From NCBI GenBank assembly GCA_028534125.1, contig CM052817.1:19222001-19286000 (forward strand): 64,000 nucleotides of DNA. The letters are read 5' to 3'. Under the pieces are notes generated by a model. That model worked only from the letters and a program-made list of their open reading frames with translations, ran no database searches and was not told the origin of the DNA. The stretch's first letter is position 1; each line of letters starts with the position of its first letter. This DNA is from Lama glama. Lineage: Eukaryota. The position numbers were made by a program, and so were the translations under genes. This document shows positions 13,349-24,825 of this stretch, piece after piece.

Positions 13349-14599
13349 GTATAAAAATGGTGGTTACGTTTTACTTGAGCAAATAACTTTAATTTGGAGA
13401 TAAGCTAATCAAAATTAAAAGGCGCCATGAGCTCACAAATGCAAAGTGCCTTTTTTAGATCTCCCATTCACAAGCCCAGGCTAGAGAATGAGACTGCCAC
13501 AGATCTGGCCTCTGGTGAGTAGCTGGCTCTGCGAGGAGCGTTTACTCCAATGACTCCCGCTGTGATTTAGATTAGGCCACTTGCAGTTTCAATTCACAAG
13601 CACTTACGAAAATTCTCACTCAGATTTACTTAAGGGAGCCCCTTAAACTTCAGACGGTTGTGTAGGATAATCACAGCCGCCCATTTACTCTAAGTGCTGG
13701 AGAAAGTAAACTCTAACATAACCTTTCCCAAGCTGCACAAGTGCAAAATAAAATTATTTTGCTGCTGAAGTTTAGTAAACACCTGTTCATAGCTGATTTA
13801 AGTGAGGTTGGATTTAATAAGAATCACGATATGCATTAAAGCAGGTCCAAATGTTTATATTATTACTCACCGCATGGGAAAATAAGTTAGTCCCAATTCT
13901 TTTAAAAGCGAATTCTTCTGTGATTTGAGTCCTTTCAGCAAAAATTCATTAATTCATTAATTCTCATATAAATCTGTGTCCATCCGGGGTTGTCTCTCTC
14001 AATCTCTGGTGTCAGATGCCGTGTAATTTTTGACATTTTCTTCCTTTCCTCTTTCAGTAACCCGTGGTTAGTGAGCAGCCTAGACAGCTAATGCCCACAA
14101 GCACAGCCATTCTTTGCCTCTGAATGTGCTCTTTTTCTCTCTCCGCCCTGAAATAAAGCCTGGGCACTCCACCAACGTCACCTGTGTTGTCATTGTGACC
14201 AGCAATGTGCTGAAGCCCTCTTGTAAGACAAAACCTCCAACTGTTACTATTAAAGTGAAGAGAATAGTAAACTGCCGTCCTGTAATACATCCCAAAATTT
14301 TAATATGTGCTCCCTGGAGCTCATGAATATACCATAGACAGAGATCTTCCAGTTTCTTGGCTGTGGCATTGAGTAGATAGGGGCTATATTGAATGAAAAG
14401 ACAGGGGTAGATGCAATGCTTTTATTGTATTGCAAGAAGATACATGCTTCTTGCATGGGTTGGGTGCCTGTGTTTACACTTGTGACTTCTTTATCCAAAA
14501 GAAGGTGGATTTCCATAGCAAGAGCATGAGTTAAGCATTCTTCCCCCAACCATAAGAAAGCATAAGGATAGGGGTAGCGTAGTGTTACAGGAAGGAAAG

Positions 14600-15000
14600 C
14601 AGATGATTGTAAATCACTTTGCAATCCATGAAGCTTTGTAAGTCAGGATGAAGAATTTTGACTTTCTGTTCGGTGTGATTGAAAATCATCAAATTGTTTT
14701 AAGTAGAGAAATGATTTAATCTTTTGTAGAGTTTTAAAGAGCGGGTGGTGGCTGTGTGAAGATTAGGTTGCATAGAATTTAGAGGGAATGTAAGGGGTCC
14801 AGTTAGAAAGCTATAGCTCTTAATGAAGGGGATGACAGAGGACTGCTCTAGGATGATCATGAGACAGAGAAAAATGCGTGAAGTCCATATGCTGTTTGGA
14901 GGTACGTCCGTAGGAATTGCATGTGCAGTATGTGGTGAATGAAAAAAAGGGAGGACTCAATGATTGTCTGTTTTCAGAGCCCCTTCTGAAGATAAAAAGG
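14600..15000 (-). mobile_element. L2 LINE fragment
   Basis: gaagaattttgactttctgttcggtgtgattgaaaatcatcaaattgttttaagtagagaaatgattt...ccagttagaaagctat. Confidence 0.6.
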
Positions 15001-16059
15001 ATCATTAGGACTTGAAGCAGGATTTCCTCTTCCCCCTCCAGGGACAAAAGCTTGTCAAAATCTCTGTGCTTATGAAATCTGATGATTTTAAAGAACGTGA
15101 TGCTAATTCTAGGTCACTAAGTCATAGACAATTTTTAAAAAAAATTTACAAAATATGACATGCAATGTTTTCCTTATATTGCCATAATGTTTCCTTTTGC
15201 AGTTTATCTTTTTTTAAAAAAAAATGTAAACAAAAGTACTTTGCCTCCTTGAAAGTTAAGTCTGTACTTACGTCTCTACTTCCATGTTGTTCACTGTTTC
15301 TCCTGATCTCCTTTCTCAGACTTTCTTTTCTACGTTTTTCTTACTTGAACATCTCGTCTGGCTGCACGTTGAGCGTTCCCTTCCTTGTGTCATTTCTATC
15401 TCCTCTTCTTCCACCTGCCACAAAGCTTGCTTTTTGTCTTTTCACATCTTAATTTCACATTCTTACTAGATTGGGAAATATTTCTCTCAATTAAATACTC
15501 TGCTAACTTAATAGGTTTTAAGCTTCATCTAATTTAAGAGAAGCAGGACAAGGAAGTCCACCTACTTATCTCTGTTCTAGAGAAAATGAGAGTTTACAAG
15601 TTTTCAGAGAAAAGTCAGTTCACCTCCTAATTTTATGGTGTGGCCCAGTCAGTTTCTAGCCTGACAAGGTACCGAGGAGTAGTTTAAGTGGGAAAGAGGA
15701 TTGTAAGCGGAACAGCCCCGTATTTACATCCATTTTTCATTGTATTGCTTTCTCTTCCCTGTTTCTACACTAGTCATATATGCTATCCTTAACTGTAAAT
15801 GCTAAAACTAAAGAACAATGAGTGTTTATAACAACTATGCCATTCTTTTCCTCCAGTTACACTAGTGAACTATTTCTGCCTATATTACAGATGTGCATTT
15901 ATCCCCCATGTCTTCTGTGTTATCATTTTAGGAAAGAGAAAATTTAAGAGTAAATAAAGTATTGCTTTAAACACACACAGACACACATGCACATACACTG
16001 TATCGTAGTGCTGTATAAAATCCATCTTTTTCTAATATAAAGCATCTGGGGAAAATGTA

Positions 16060-16155
16060 TTTCTTCATTCAACACCATTTGATTGAATCCTACTATGAGA
16101 GGCACTGTACTGGGCGCTGGTGATTCAAAGATGAGTAAGACAGACATGGTCTTGT
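16060..16155 (-). mobile_element. L2 3' end
   Basis: ttcattcaacaccatttgattgaatcctactatgagaggcactgtactgggcgctggtgattcaaagatgagtaagacag. Confidence 0.75.
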
Positions 16156-17869
16156 TTGTATTGGTTCTTAGACTGGAGTGAAGTTTTTTAGAAAAGCAAG
16201 TCACTACTCTCACTGTGCTGTTTGCAGTTTGGGAGGTATACGGACACATTCAGGCTGTGAGTTTCTCTCTTTGTGAGTTTCTAAATATATTCGCAAGTCC
16301 AGAAAACATTCATGTGCAGATTTTTCCCAGCACTGTCAAAGAGAACAGGTGAGTTTTCTTTCACTTAGTATCTAAGAAGGCTCTGGATTCTCATTAGCCT
16401 TTGAAGCCTGGCTCACTGAGCACTTTCCAAAATGAAATCCTCTCACTTACCTTTTGCCATCTGAACTAAATACAAATTTCCTGCACACTTAATTTCTTTA
16501 TATGAGCAATACCAAAAGGGAACCATAACATAAATAACTTCTAGAATAATTTCTTCATGTCCTATAATGTATTATCATTAATGATTATGTTCTATATTAT
16601 CTAACAAGTGGGTTATTTCCCTTCCTGTACATAACTCAGCTTTGGAAAAGGACACAGGAAATATACTTCCACTAGGAATTTTCCGAACACTGAGGACAAT
16701 AATGATCTGTTGTTTTCAAAAGAGTAACAAGCAAAAGAGGGTGAAAAACATTTTCTAGTGTTCTTAGTGTTTAATTGCTTTCTTAAAAGGAGACTTTCCA
16801 TTAACTTTAATTAAACATTTAATAGAGATTGCAGCCTGAAAATATATTTTCCCATTTAAATTAAATTACTTCTCCCAAAGAAAACAATGTTGCTGTCTAA
16901 CAGGGTGGGTTGGATTTTCCAGGGAGTTCTATCTGTCTCCTTCCTTTTCAGAGTAATTACTGACCTGTTATTAACACTCCAGGGAGAAATTCTTTCTGCG
17001 ATTTACATTTCCAGATCATTCTCTCCTTTGTGTGCAGCTACACTAAATACAGGATTTATTCTTTGTTCTGAATGTGCAGGAACAGATGCCTCAGCTACTA
17101 ATTCTTTGTCTCATTTGGGGCATTAACAAAAGTGCTGGTTCCTGCACAGATCAAGGCTGTCCCCTCAACCGCAGCCTTGCACGTACTGTGGAGAGATGTG
17201 ACATGAGAGCCTCTCTGCGTTCCGGAAGTCGAAGGGAGGAGGCACAGACTTTTGCTTTCTGACCTAAGTTCTTTCTACAGGTCTTCAAGTCTTTTCCAAC
17301 TAGCACTACTGTCAAGGTTTCTAGCTTCTGTCTATTCATTAAATGCTGATTTAGATTTTTATGGCAACATTTGTCTCAGATGAGAGTTACGGTAAAGCTC
17401 ATCCTCATCGTTAAACCTTATAATTTTTCTTGGGGTGTGTAATTGATAGTTCCATTTAAAAATCAAATACACTGTAATAAATTGTCTCAAGACTTTGAAG
17501 ATACATCATGCAGTTAGCTTTTTTCTCACAGCATCATTTATAAAGACAGGATATGACTTTATGCCTGAGTAATACATTTTATTTAGAGCACAACAATGCA
17601 TTGATGGATTTGTTGTAAATTATCTCAAAAGCAGAGTTATCGCAGAACAGCAGCGCACCAGAATGACCTACATCCACACATAATGGCACCAGGATCATTT
17701 TGGAAACATAACAGATATTCAAGAAAGATAATTGAAAAAACATTTTTTCCTACTTAACTCGAATTGGATCAGTTACTATGTGAAACGTCTTTTGTATTCT
17801 GGGTTTAATCTACCTTCTGTGTCTAACCTCAGACTATCAAACAGAATGGTCTCATGGCAGGTCTACTAA

Positions 17870-19100
17870 GGAATTCATCACTTCATCTCCAGACAACTGT
17901 AATATTTTCGTAATTATTCACCTGTTTTCCATTATTTCCCCCGTGCCCAAATCCATCCTTTAAATTATTATTAAAATCAGCCATGTAAGGTAAAGATATG
18001 ATTGTGAACCCCAATGTTTGTTGAAGTACTCCAGTGGCTTCCCACTGCCTATAGGATAAAGTGCAAGCATTTTTAATGAGATAAGCAAGAACCGTTCTTA
18101 ATTGACATCATTATTCTCCTTCAAATCAAAATTCACCGTGGTATATAAACTGTGCTTAATACTCTGATGACACTGTTTAGGGTCTTACATCATTATTTTA
18201 TGTATCGTATTTTTTCCATGAATACTTATTGTATATCACCTCTTTTGGAACTACTGTGCTCTGCATTGGGTGAACATAACTGGACCTGGAGTCTGACCTT
18301 ATGATTCTTACAGTCTGATGGAGAGACAGAGACTAATCAAATAATCCCATAAATAAATATAAAATTGTACTGTGGTCAGTGCCATAAAAGGGGAACACAG
18401 TGGTATTTACGCCTGTTACAGAGGAATTTGATCAAGTCAGAGAAATCAAAGAAAGCTTCCCTTGGAAGAATTTCAGAGAAAAGGTCTACAGGTCTCCATG
18501 TACTTTCTTTGCATGGAAGGAAGGGGAATAACATCATGAACAGAATGAGACCGTCCGCTTTCTTCCAGGCTCCCACTCATTTACTGGAGCTTTTTCTGCT
18601 CTCTGAGTTGCTTTTCCTCTACCCACTTCTGCACTTTCACCTGATTCAAAATTGAATCCTCTAGAAAACACCTCTTCCTGGCTTCTTACCAGACCAATAA
18701 ACTTCCTTTGTGTTCCTCCCCAAACGGCACATAATCCATGTTACGTTGTTTCTGTATTGAGAGGAGGAAAGAGAAGAGATGAATGAAGGGGGAGGAGAGA
18801 AGAGAGGGAACGAATACTGCTCCTCAAAACACTTTTTTTCTTTCGAAAACCTACCCATTTGTTAAGGTCAAGTTAAAAACAAGCCTTCCTTTATTCTAGA
18901 TTTTCTAAGCCAGATATGTTTCCTTCCTATTTGAAACTCCAGGTATTTAGACTTATTTTATGGGTTTACTCCATTCTCCTTCTTTATGGTTTTTTTAGTT
19001 TGTTTGTTTGTTTTGCTTGTTTTGTTTTTTCATCTACCCACCACTAAGTGATTTCAAAATTCTTGAGGTAGGTTCTAGGTTTTTACATCATTTAATTTCT
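17870..19100. mobile_element. Cluster of L2 fragments in both orientations
   Basis: Plus-strand ctccagtggcttcccactgcctataggataaagtgcaag at ~18030; minus-strand 3' part at ~18215-18480; plus-strand fragments at ~18550-19100. Confidence 0.55.
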
Positions 19101-19322
19101 ATTTTATATATTTTATTGAATTCATGAGACAAAATAAAATTAAAATTATTTCTCTCTCTCTCTCTCCCACTGCTAACAATTTCTTTACATTTTAGTCTGC
19201 TGTAGGTCAAAGTCTCTATATCCCTTTACTGATCTCTAAAACTTTTGCATGTCTGTTTGAAGTGAAACTATAAATACAAAGTATAAGGGTCACAGGACAA
19301 AATTCTTGGACATGTTTTCAAG

Positions 19323-19530
19323 CAGAGTTTCTCCACTTTGACATTTTTCACATAATTATGGCCCAGATCATTGTTTCTGGGGGAAGCTGTCTTATGCATT
19401 GTAAGGTGTTTAACAGGATCTTTTGTCTTGACCCTCTGTATGCCAGTAGCAGCCCCTCTACTCCCTCATTGTGACAACTGGAAATATCTCTAGACTTATC
19501 TGCCTAATGTCTCCTGCCTGAGAACCACTG
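19323..19530 (-). mobile_element. MER20 hAT-Charlie DNA transposon
   Basis: cagagtttctc...gctgtcttatgcattgtaaggtgtttaacag...tatgccagtagca...ttgtgacaactggaaatatctctagac...tgagaaccactg. Confidence 0.85.
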
Positions 19531-19688
19531 CTTTAACTATCAAAGAGTACAAATTTCCCCAGATGAATACTAGGAATTCTGAGGATTTTCACAAGGCTTT
19601 AATGTTCACAGAATGTCTCCAAGTCTGGCACAAAGTAGATGCTCAGTGGTTTTTATGATGATTCTTATAATTCTGTTTATTTCCTATG

Positions 19689-21171
19689 CCGGCATACCTT
19701 GCAAATAGTGTGGGTCTGGTTTCAGTTCAGCAATAACGCGAGGCACACATTTTTGGGTTTCCCAGTGCCTATGCAAGTTATGTTTCCAGTACACTGTAGT
19801 CTGTTAAGTGTGCAATAGAATTATGTCTAAAAACTGCACATACCTTAATTTAATTTTTTTTTTATTTCTAGAAAATGCTAAGCATCATCTTATGCTTCAG
19901 TAAGGAGTCATAATCTTTTTCTTGGTGGAGGGTCTTTTCCCCATGTTGATGGCTTCTGACTGATCAGGGTGGTGGTTGCTGAAGGTTGGAGTGCCTGTGG
20001 CAGTTTCTTAAAACAAGACAACAGCAGTGAAATTTGCCTCATTGATTGACTCTTCCTTCCATGAATGATTTCTCTGCAGCAAAGAATGCTGATTAATAGC
20101 ATTGATACCCACAGTAGAACTTTTTTCAAAATTAGAGTCAATCCTCTTAAACCCAGCCACTGATTTATCAACTAAGTTTATGTAATATTCTGAATTCTTT
20201 GCTGTTCCATTTATAGAGCACAATCTGAGTAGATTTAGCATAATTCTTAAATTTGGAATGATAAATGAGCATTGGCTTCAACTGAAAGTCACCAGCTGCA
20301 TTAACCTCTCCCAAGAGAGTCAGTCTGTCCTCTGAAGCTTTGAAGCCAGGCATTGACTTCTCTTCTCTAGCTACGAAAGTCCCAGATGGCATCTTCTTCC
20401 AGTAGAAGGCTTTTCATCTACATTGACAATATGTTGTTTAGTGCAGCCACCCTCGTTCATTATCTCAGCTAGATCACCTGGATAGCTTGCTGCAGCTTCT
20501 ACACAAGCCCTTGCTGCTTCCCCTTACATTTTTATGTAATGTAGACGGCTTCTTTCCTTGATCTTCATGAACCAACCTCTGCCAGATCCCAACTTTTCTT
20601 CTGCTTCCTCACCTCCTTCAGCCTTCAGAGAATTGAAAAGATTTAGACCCTTTCTCTGGATTAGCCTTTGACGTTAGGGAATTTTGTGATCTATCCAGAT
20701 CACTGAAACTTTCTCCATCTCAGCAGTAAGGCTGTTTCACTTTCTTATCATTCCTATGTTCACTGGAGTAGCATTTTTAATTTCCTTCAAGAACTTTTTC
20801 TTTGCATTCACAGCTTGACTAACTGGAGCAAGAGGCCTAATTTCAACCTGTTTTGGCTTTTGACATGCCTCCCTCACTAAGCTTAGTTATTTCTAGTTTT
20901 AGACTTAAAGAGAGAGATGTGTGACTCTTCCTTTCACTTGAACACTTAGAGGACATCCTAGGGTTGTTCATTGGACTAATTTCAGTATTGTTGTGACTCA
21001 GGGCAAAGGGGGACCCAACAAGAGGGAGAGAGATGGGAGAATGTCTGGTTGTTGGAGCAGTCAGAGCACACACAGCATTTATCGATTAAGTTTGACGGGT
21101 GAGGTTCCTGGCACCACAAAACAATTATAATAGTAACATCAAAGATTACTGCTCACAGATCACCATAATAA

Positions 21172-21259
<88 letters not shown>

Positions 21260-21440
21260 GGTTTGAGATATTGCTATAATTACCAAAATGTGATACAGAG
21301 ACACAAAGTGAGCAACTGCTATTGGAAAAATTGTGCTAATACACTTGCTCAGTTCGGGATTGCCACAAAACCTCCTATTTGTTAAAAAACCACAATATCT
21401 GAAAAGTGCAATAGATTAGAGCACAGAACAAGGATACCTG
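19689..21440 (-). mobile_element. Tigger1 (TcMar-Tigger) DNA transposon, both TIRs, internally deleted transposase
   Basis: Termini (c)cggcatacct and aggatacctg|ta. Translated remnants MSSKCSSERKSHTSLSL...[38 protein letters not shown] and YYINLVDK...[12 protein letters not shown] match the Tigger1 transposase. Confidence 0.95.
21175..21259. repeat. Compound (TAA)n(CAA)n microsatellite inside Tigger1
   Basis: Directly visible, near-perfect run. Confidence 0.95.
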
Positions 21441-23789
21441 TATCTTTCCCAGTGTGACCTGTTATTATATATTCTTTCGAGATCAAATCACCATATTTCT
21501 TCAATAATTTAAGGAAATTGTTTTTAAAGGCTTGACATTTTTTTGTTGTTGTAGTTGCCGGGAGGTGGAGGCATGGGGAGTGTCAAATTAGCTCCCTCAA
21601 ATTTTATCCTTTTGTAATTAGAATTTCAATTATTTCCCAAATAGTATGTTCTTAAAATTTCCCCTCTTGTCTGCCACATTCCTACCTACTCACACTGATG
21701 GTGAGATTTTGAAATGAATCCTTATTGACTTAATATTTCAGCAGGTGGGAGAGATTAGAGCCACTAGCAAGCTATATTCACCTTCTCTTTCTTCTGGATC
21801 ATTTACAGAAATGTTAAATTAAGGCAGAACTTCTGCCTAAGTACCAATTGCAGTTCTTAAACAATTTATGGCACAGAACTTGTGGAACATTCCTTAAAGC
21901 AACAATCGACTCCTTCTGATCACATTTGTATATAAGTCTTCAAAGAACGACTTCAAGTATCCACTACTAAGGCAAACATTCTGCCTGCCAGATGAGTGTC
22001 TTTTCCACTCTGAGAATTAATTCCCTCATCTTGAACCAATGCACCCAATAATGCTCTACAGTGTTAACTTAAAACTATGTAAGAATTGCTTGATAAGATA
22101 CGTATCTTTCTTATCTTCCTGAAATGTATTTGTATTGTTTCTCCATTTCTTTGGTTAAAAACATATGATTTAATATAGATTTCTAATATCTTTATAAAAT
22201 TAGTGCAAAATTAGTGGTATAGTTTTCCTATTCATTTGAAATGCCACAGTTAGTGTTAGTAGCATCTATATTGCTCTTGTTTAAATGTGAAGAATATAAT
22301 TTTTAAACCATATGTGCTCAAATTAGTTGTAAGTATAATTTAATAAACTTAGGTATTAGACATATGTTCTCCCAGTTACTAATTGTAGAATCATTTTAAA
22401 TGAATGCAAATAGGAGTTTTTACTTTTACTCCAGAAATTTAACACTTTTAATGTGTATGCTAATAGTTCACTTTCATTCATATGTATATTAAAACATTTT
22501 CAGCTTTATATGTTTTTTTAAATTTGATTTTAGAATGCTTATCAAGGTAATGTACTTCCTTAATGTAATATTAAGGAAAATTCAAGCAAAGATATACTAT
22601 GGTTAAAAAGAAAGAAATACAAAAGCAGAGAGGTCTTAAGCTAGGAAAAATATTCCAGATCATTCAGGTTGTATCCACTCAGAAAATGAAGCAACAAAGA
22701 GTGTGAAAAATATGTTTAAATGGTTACACAACTACGTGATGATTACTACTTGGATGGTATCTTTTGATTTGTAGTTAAATGATATTTACAACCCATCACT
22801 GAATCAAACATTTTTGAAGGTGCAGCAGACCAGCAAGTTCTGCAGTCTAACTCTTTTCTCTCTTTGAGTGCTTTTTAAAGGACAAAGAGCTTCACCCTCT
22901 TTGAAGATGCCGAGTGTCTCTCTATTTGTTCCATATGACTTCCACATACTCCAAATCTCTTTATAAATTCTACCACTGACATTAGTTTTGTTCTTTAGTT
23001 TAATATAAGACTATTCCTCAAATGTTGAAAACAACCATCAGAATAGATACCTTAAGTTTCTTCTGTTGCTTTAAATACACCAATTTTAACAATTCATGTG
23101 GATAATTTCTTACATGAATATTCTAATTTGCCATTATTCCTTCTGTTCCTCCAAAGGGCTATACCTGTAATTAAACACAAAGTTTCAGGCGTGGTCAAAC
23201 TTTTGAGATATTGCTGCCATTGTTGTGAATACTGCAATTGTATTTACGAAGCCAACCTGAGATTTTATTGACTTGGGAAATAGCAATTCAGTTGTTCAGT
23301 AATGCTAACAGAGTTTCTACCCAAACCATTGCACCAAGTATGAAATTAAAAAGAAAATGATTTAGACATGACTCTTGCCTTCAGGTATCCAATAGGGTTA
23401 ACACATTAATGCAAGTGAAGGCCAATGAGGAGGAGGAGAATGATTCTTACTGGAAACTGGAGCAAGAATAAGGATTTAACATCTGATCTAAGTTTTTGCA
23501 GACCAGTGTAATTTGTCAAGAAGAAAAAGGGAAGCTATTTCATGCATGGAAATAAAGCATATGAAAGGAAAGATTACCATAAATTAATCAGTTATTTTTG
23601 GAATAATAAGTAACTTCCAATTTTCAGGTTATAGACACTAAGAGAATACAGTGGGAGGAAAAAAATAAAGGCAAAAAAATTTTTTTAACGTGTGTACATT
23701 TAGGAATCTTTTGGTTGAACATGTCAGAAAGTACAGTCGAGACTGTAAATAGGCTTTAGAAAAAAAAAGACACAAAAAGAAAAGAAAGA

Positions 23790-24200
23790 CAAAAGAAAAA
23801 TATTGGCAGTCCATCAGTTGATTTAGCTCTAGCCTGCGGTACCACTTCATCAAGGGGCTCTCCTAAATTTACCAGGATCTGGTCGCCATACCTGCCTCAG
23901 TTCTGCCTCCTTCATGCTGTAGAACCAACACGATAACAAGAGGGCTGACAGTAGCCTCGCCCTACGTCTTTGCACTGGCAAGCCCAGCATGAAGGAGATT
24001 CGCTGTCTCTCAGAATTCGAACAAAAATCTGGGCACTGACTCTCATTGGCTCACACTGGGTAAAATACCTGTCTGTGGGCCAATCACAGAATTTGTGGCA
24101 TGGGATGTACTGTTTTGGGCAGATCTGAATCACATATCCATATCCACAGACAGAGAAGAAATGGGATAGTGTCCACTTCACCTAAAACATAGAAACTGAA
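23790..24200 (-). mobile_element. Old MaLR LTR (MLT1J/K-like)
   Basis: ctctcattggctcacactgggtaaaatacctgtctgtgggccaatcacag...ggcatgggatgtactgttttggg. Confidence 0.6.
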
Positions 24201-24648
24201 GGTTGGGGTAAGTTTATCCATGCCCCCCCACCACACACCCACACACACACACAAATATCAAGTTTCTGACATCAAAAGAAAGAAGAATGGCCAAAGGTAT
24301 AGGGGGAGAGGAAGTGTGCATTGTGAGATAAATTTTTTTTCTAGAAATATGCCAAAGTCATCTGTGATGTATGAGCAGCTATTTATTCAGTAATCATGTA
24401 GTAGGCATTACCCATTACGTATAATCCTCACAAATTCTCTGTAAGGCATGTAGTTTCATCTCCATTTTATAACTGAAGTAAATTAAATTTGTTTAAGTCT
24501 ATGTGTGGAAGAGGTGGAATTTGATAATTTAATTAAGGAAACTTTTAAAGTAAAACTGATGCCTTTCCTATACAATGTTTTCATGAAATAATTGTAATAC
24601 TATTTATTTGCTGTAGACTATCTCTACCTTCAAAGAAAGAGCCTAGAT

Positions 24649-24825
24649 CAGTGTTTATCAACCTTGACTGCACTTTGGAATCACCTGGAAGCTTTAAAAT
24701 ATGCTGAGTTCTGGTTCTCACCTTTAAGGATACTGATTTAAAGTGGCATGCAGTAAAGCCCATACATTAGGATTTCTAAACCTGCTCCTGTGATCCAAAT
24801 ACGCAACCGAGTTTAGAGACCACTG
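24649..24825. mobile_element. MER5A-like hAT-Charlie element
   Basis: cagtgtttatcaaccttgactgcactttggaatcacctggaagcttt...gtttagagaccactg, with inverted termini. Confidence 0.85.

Noticed and set aside
19908..21073. Transposase-like ORFs as a domesticated TIGD-type gene
   Set aside because: Fragmented across frames, catalytic region deleted and TIRs retained: an ordinary fossil.
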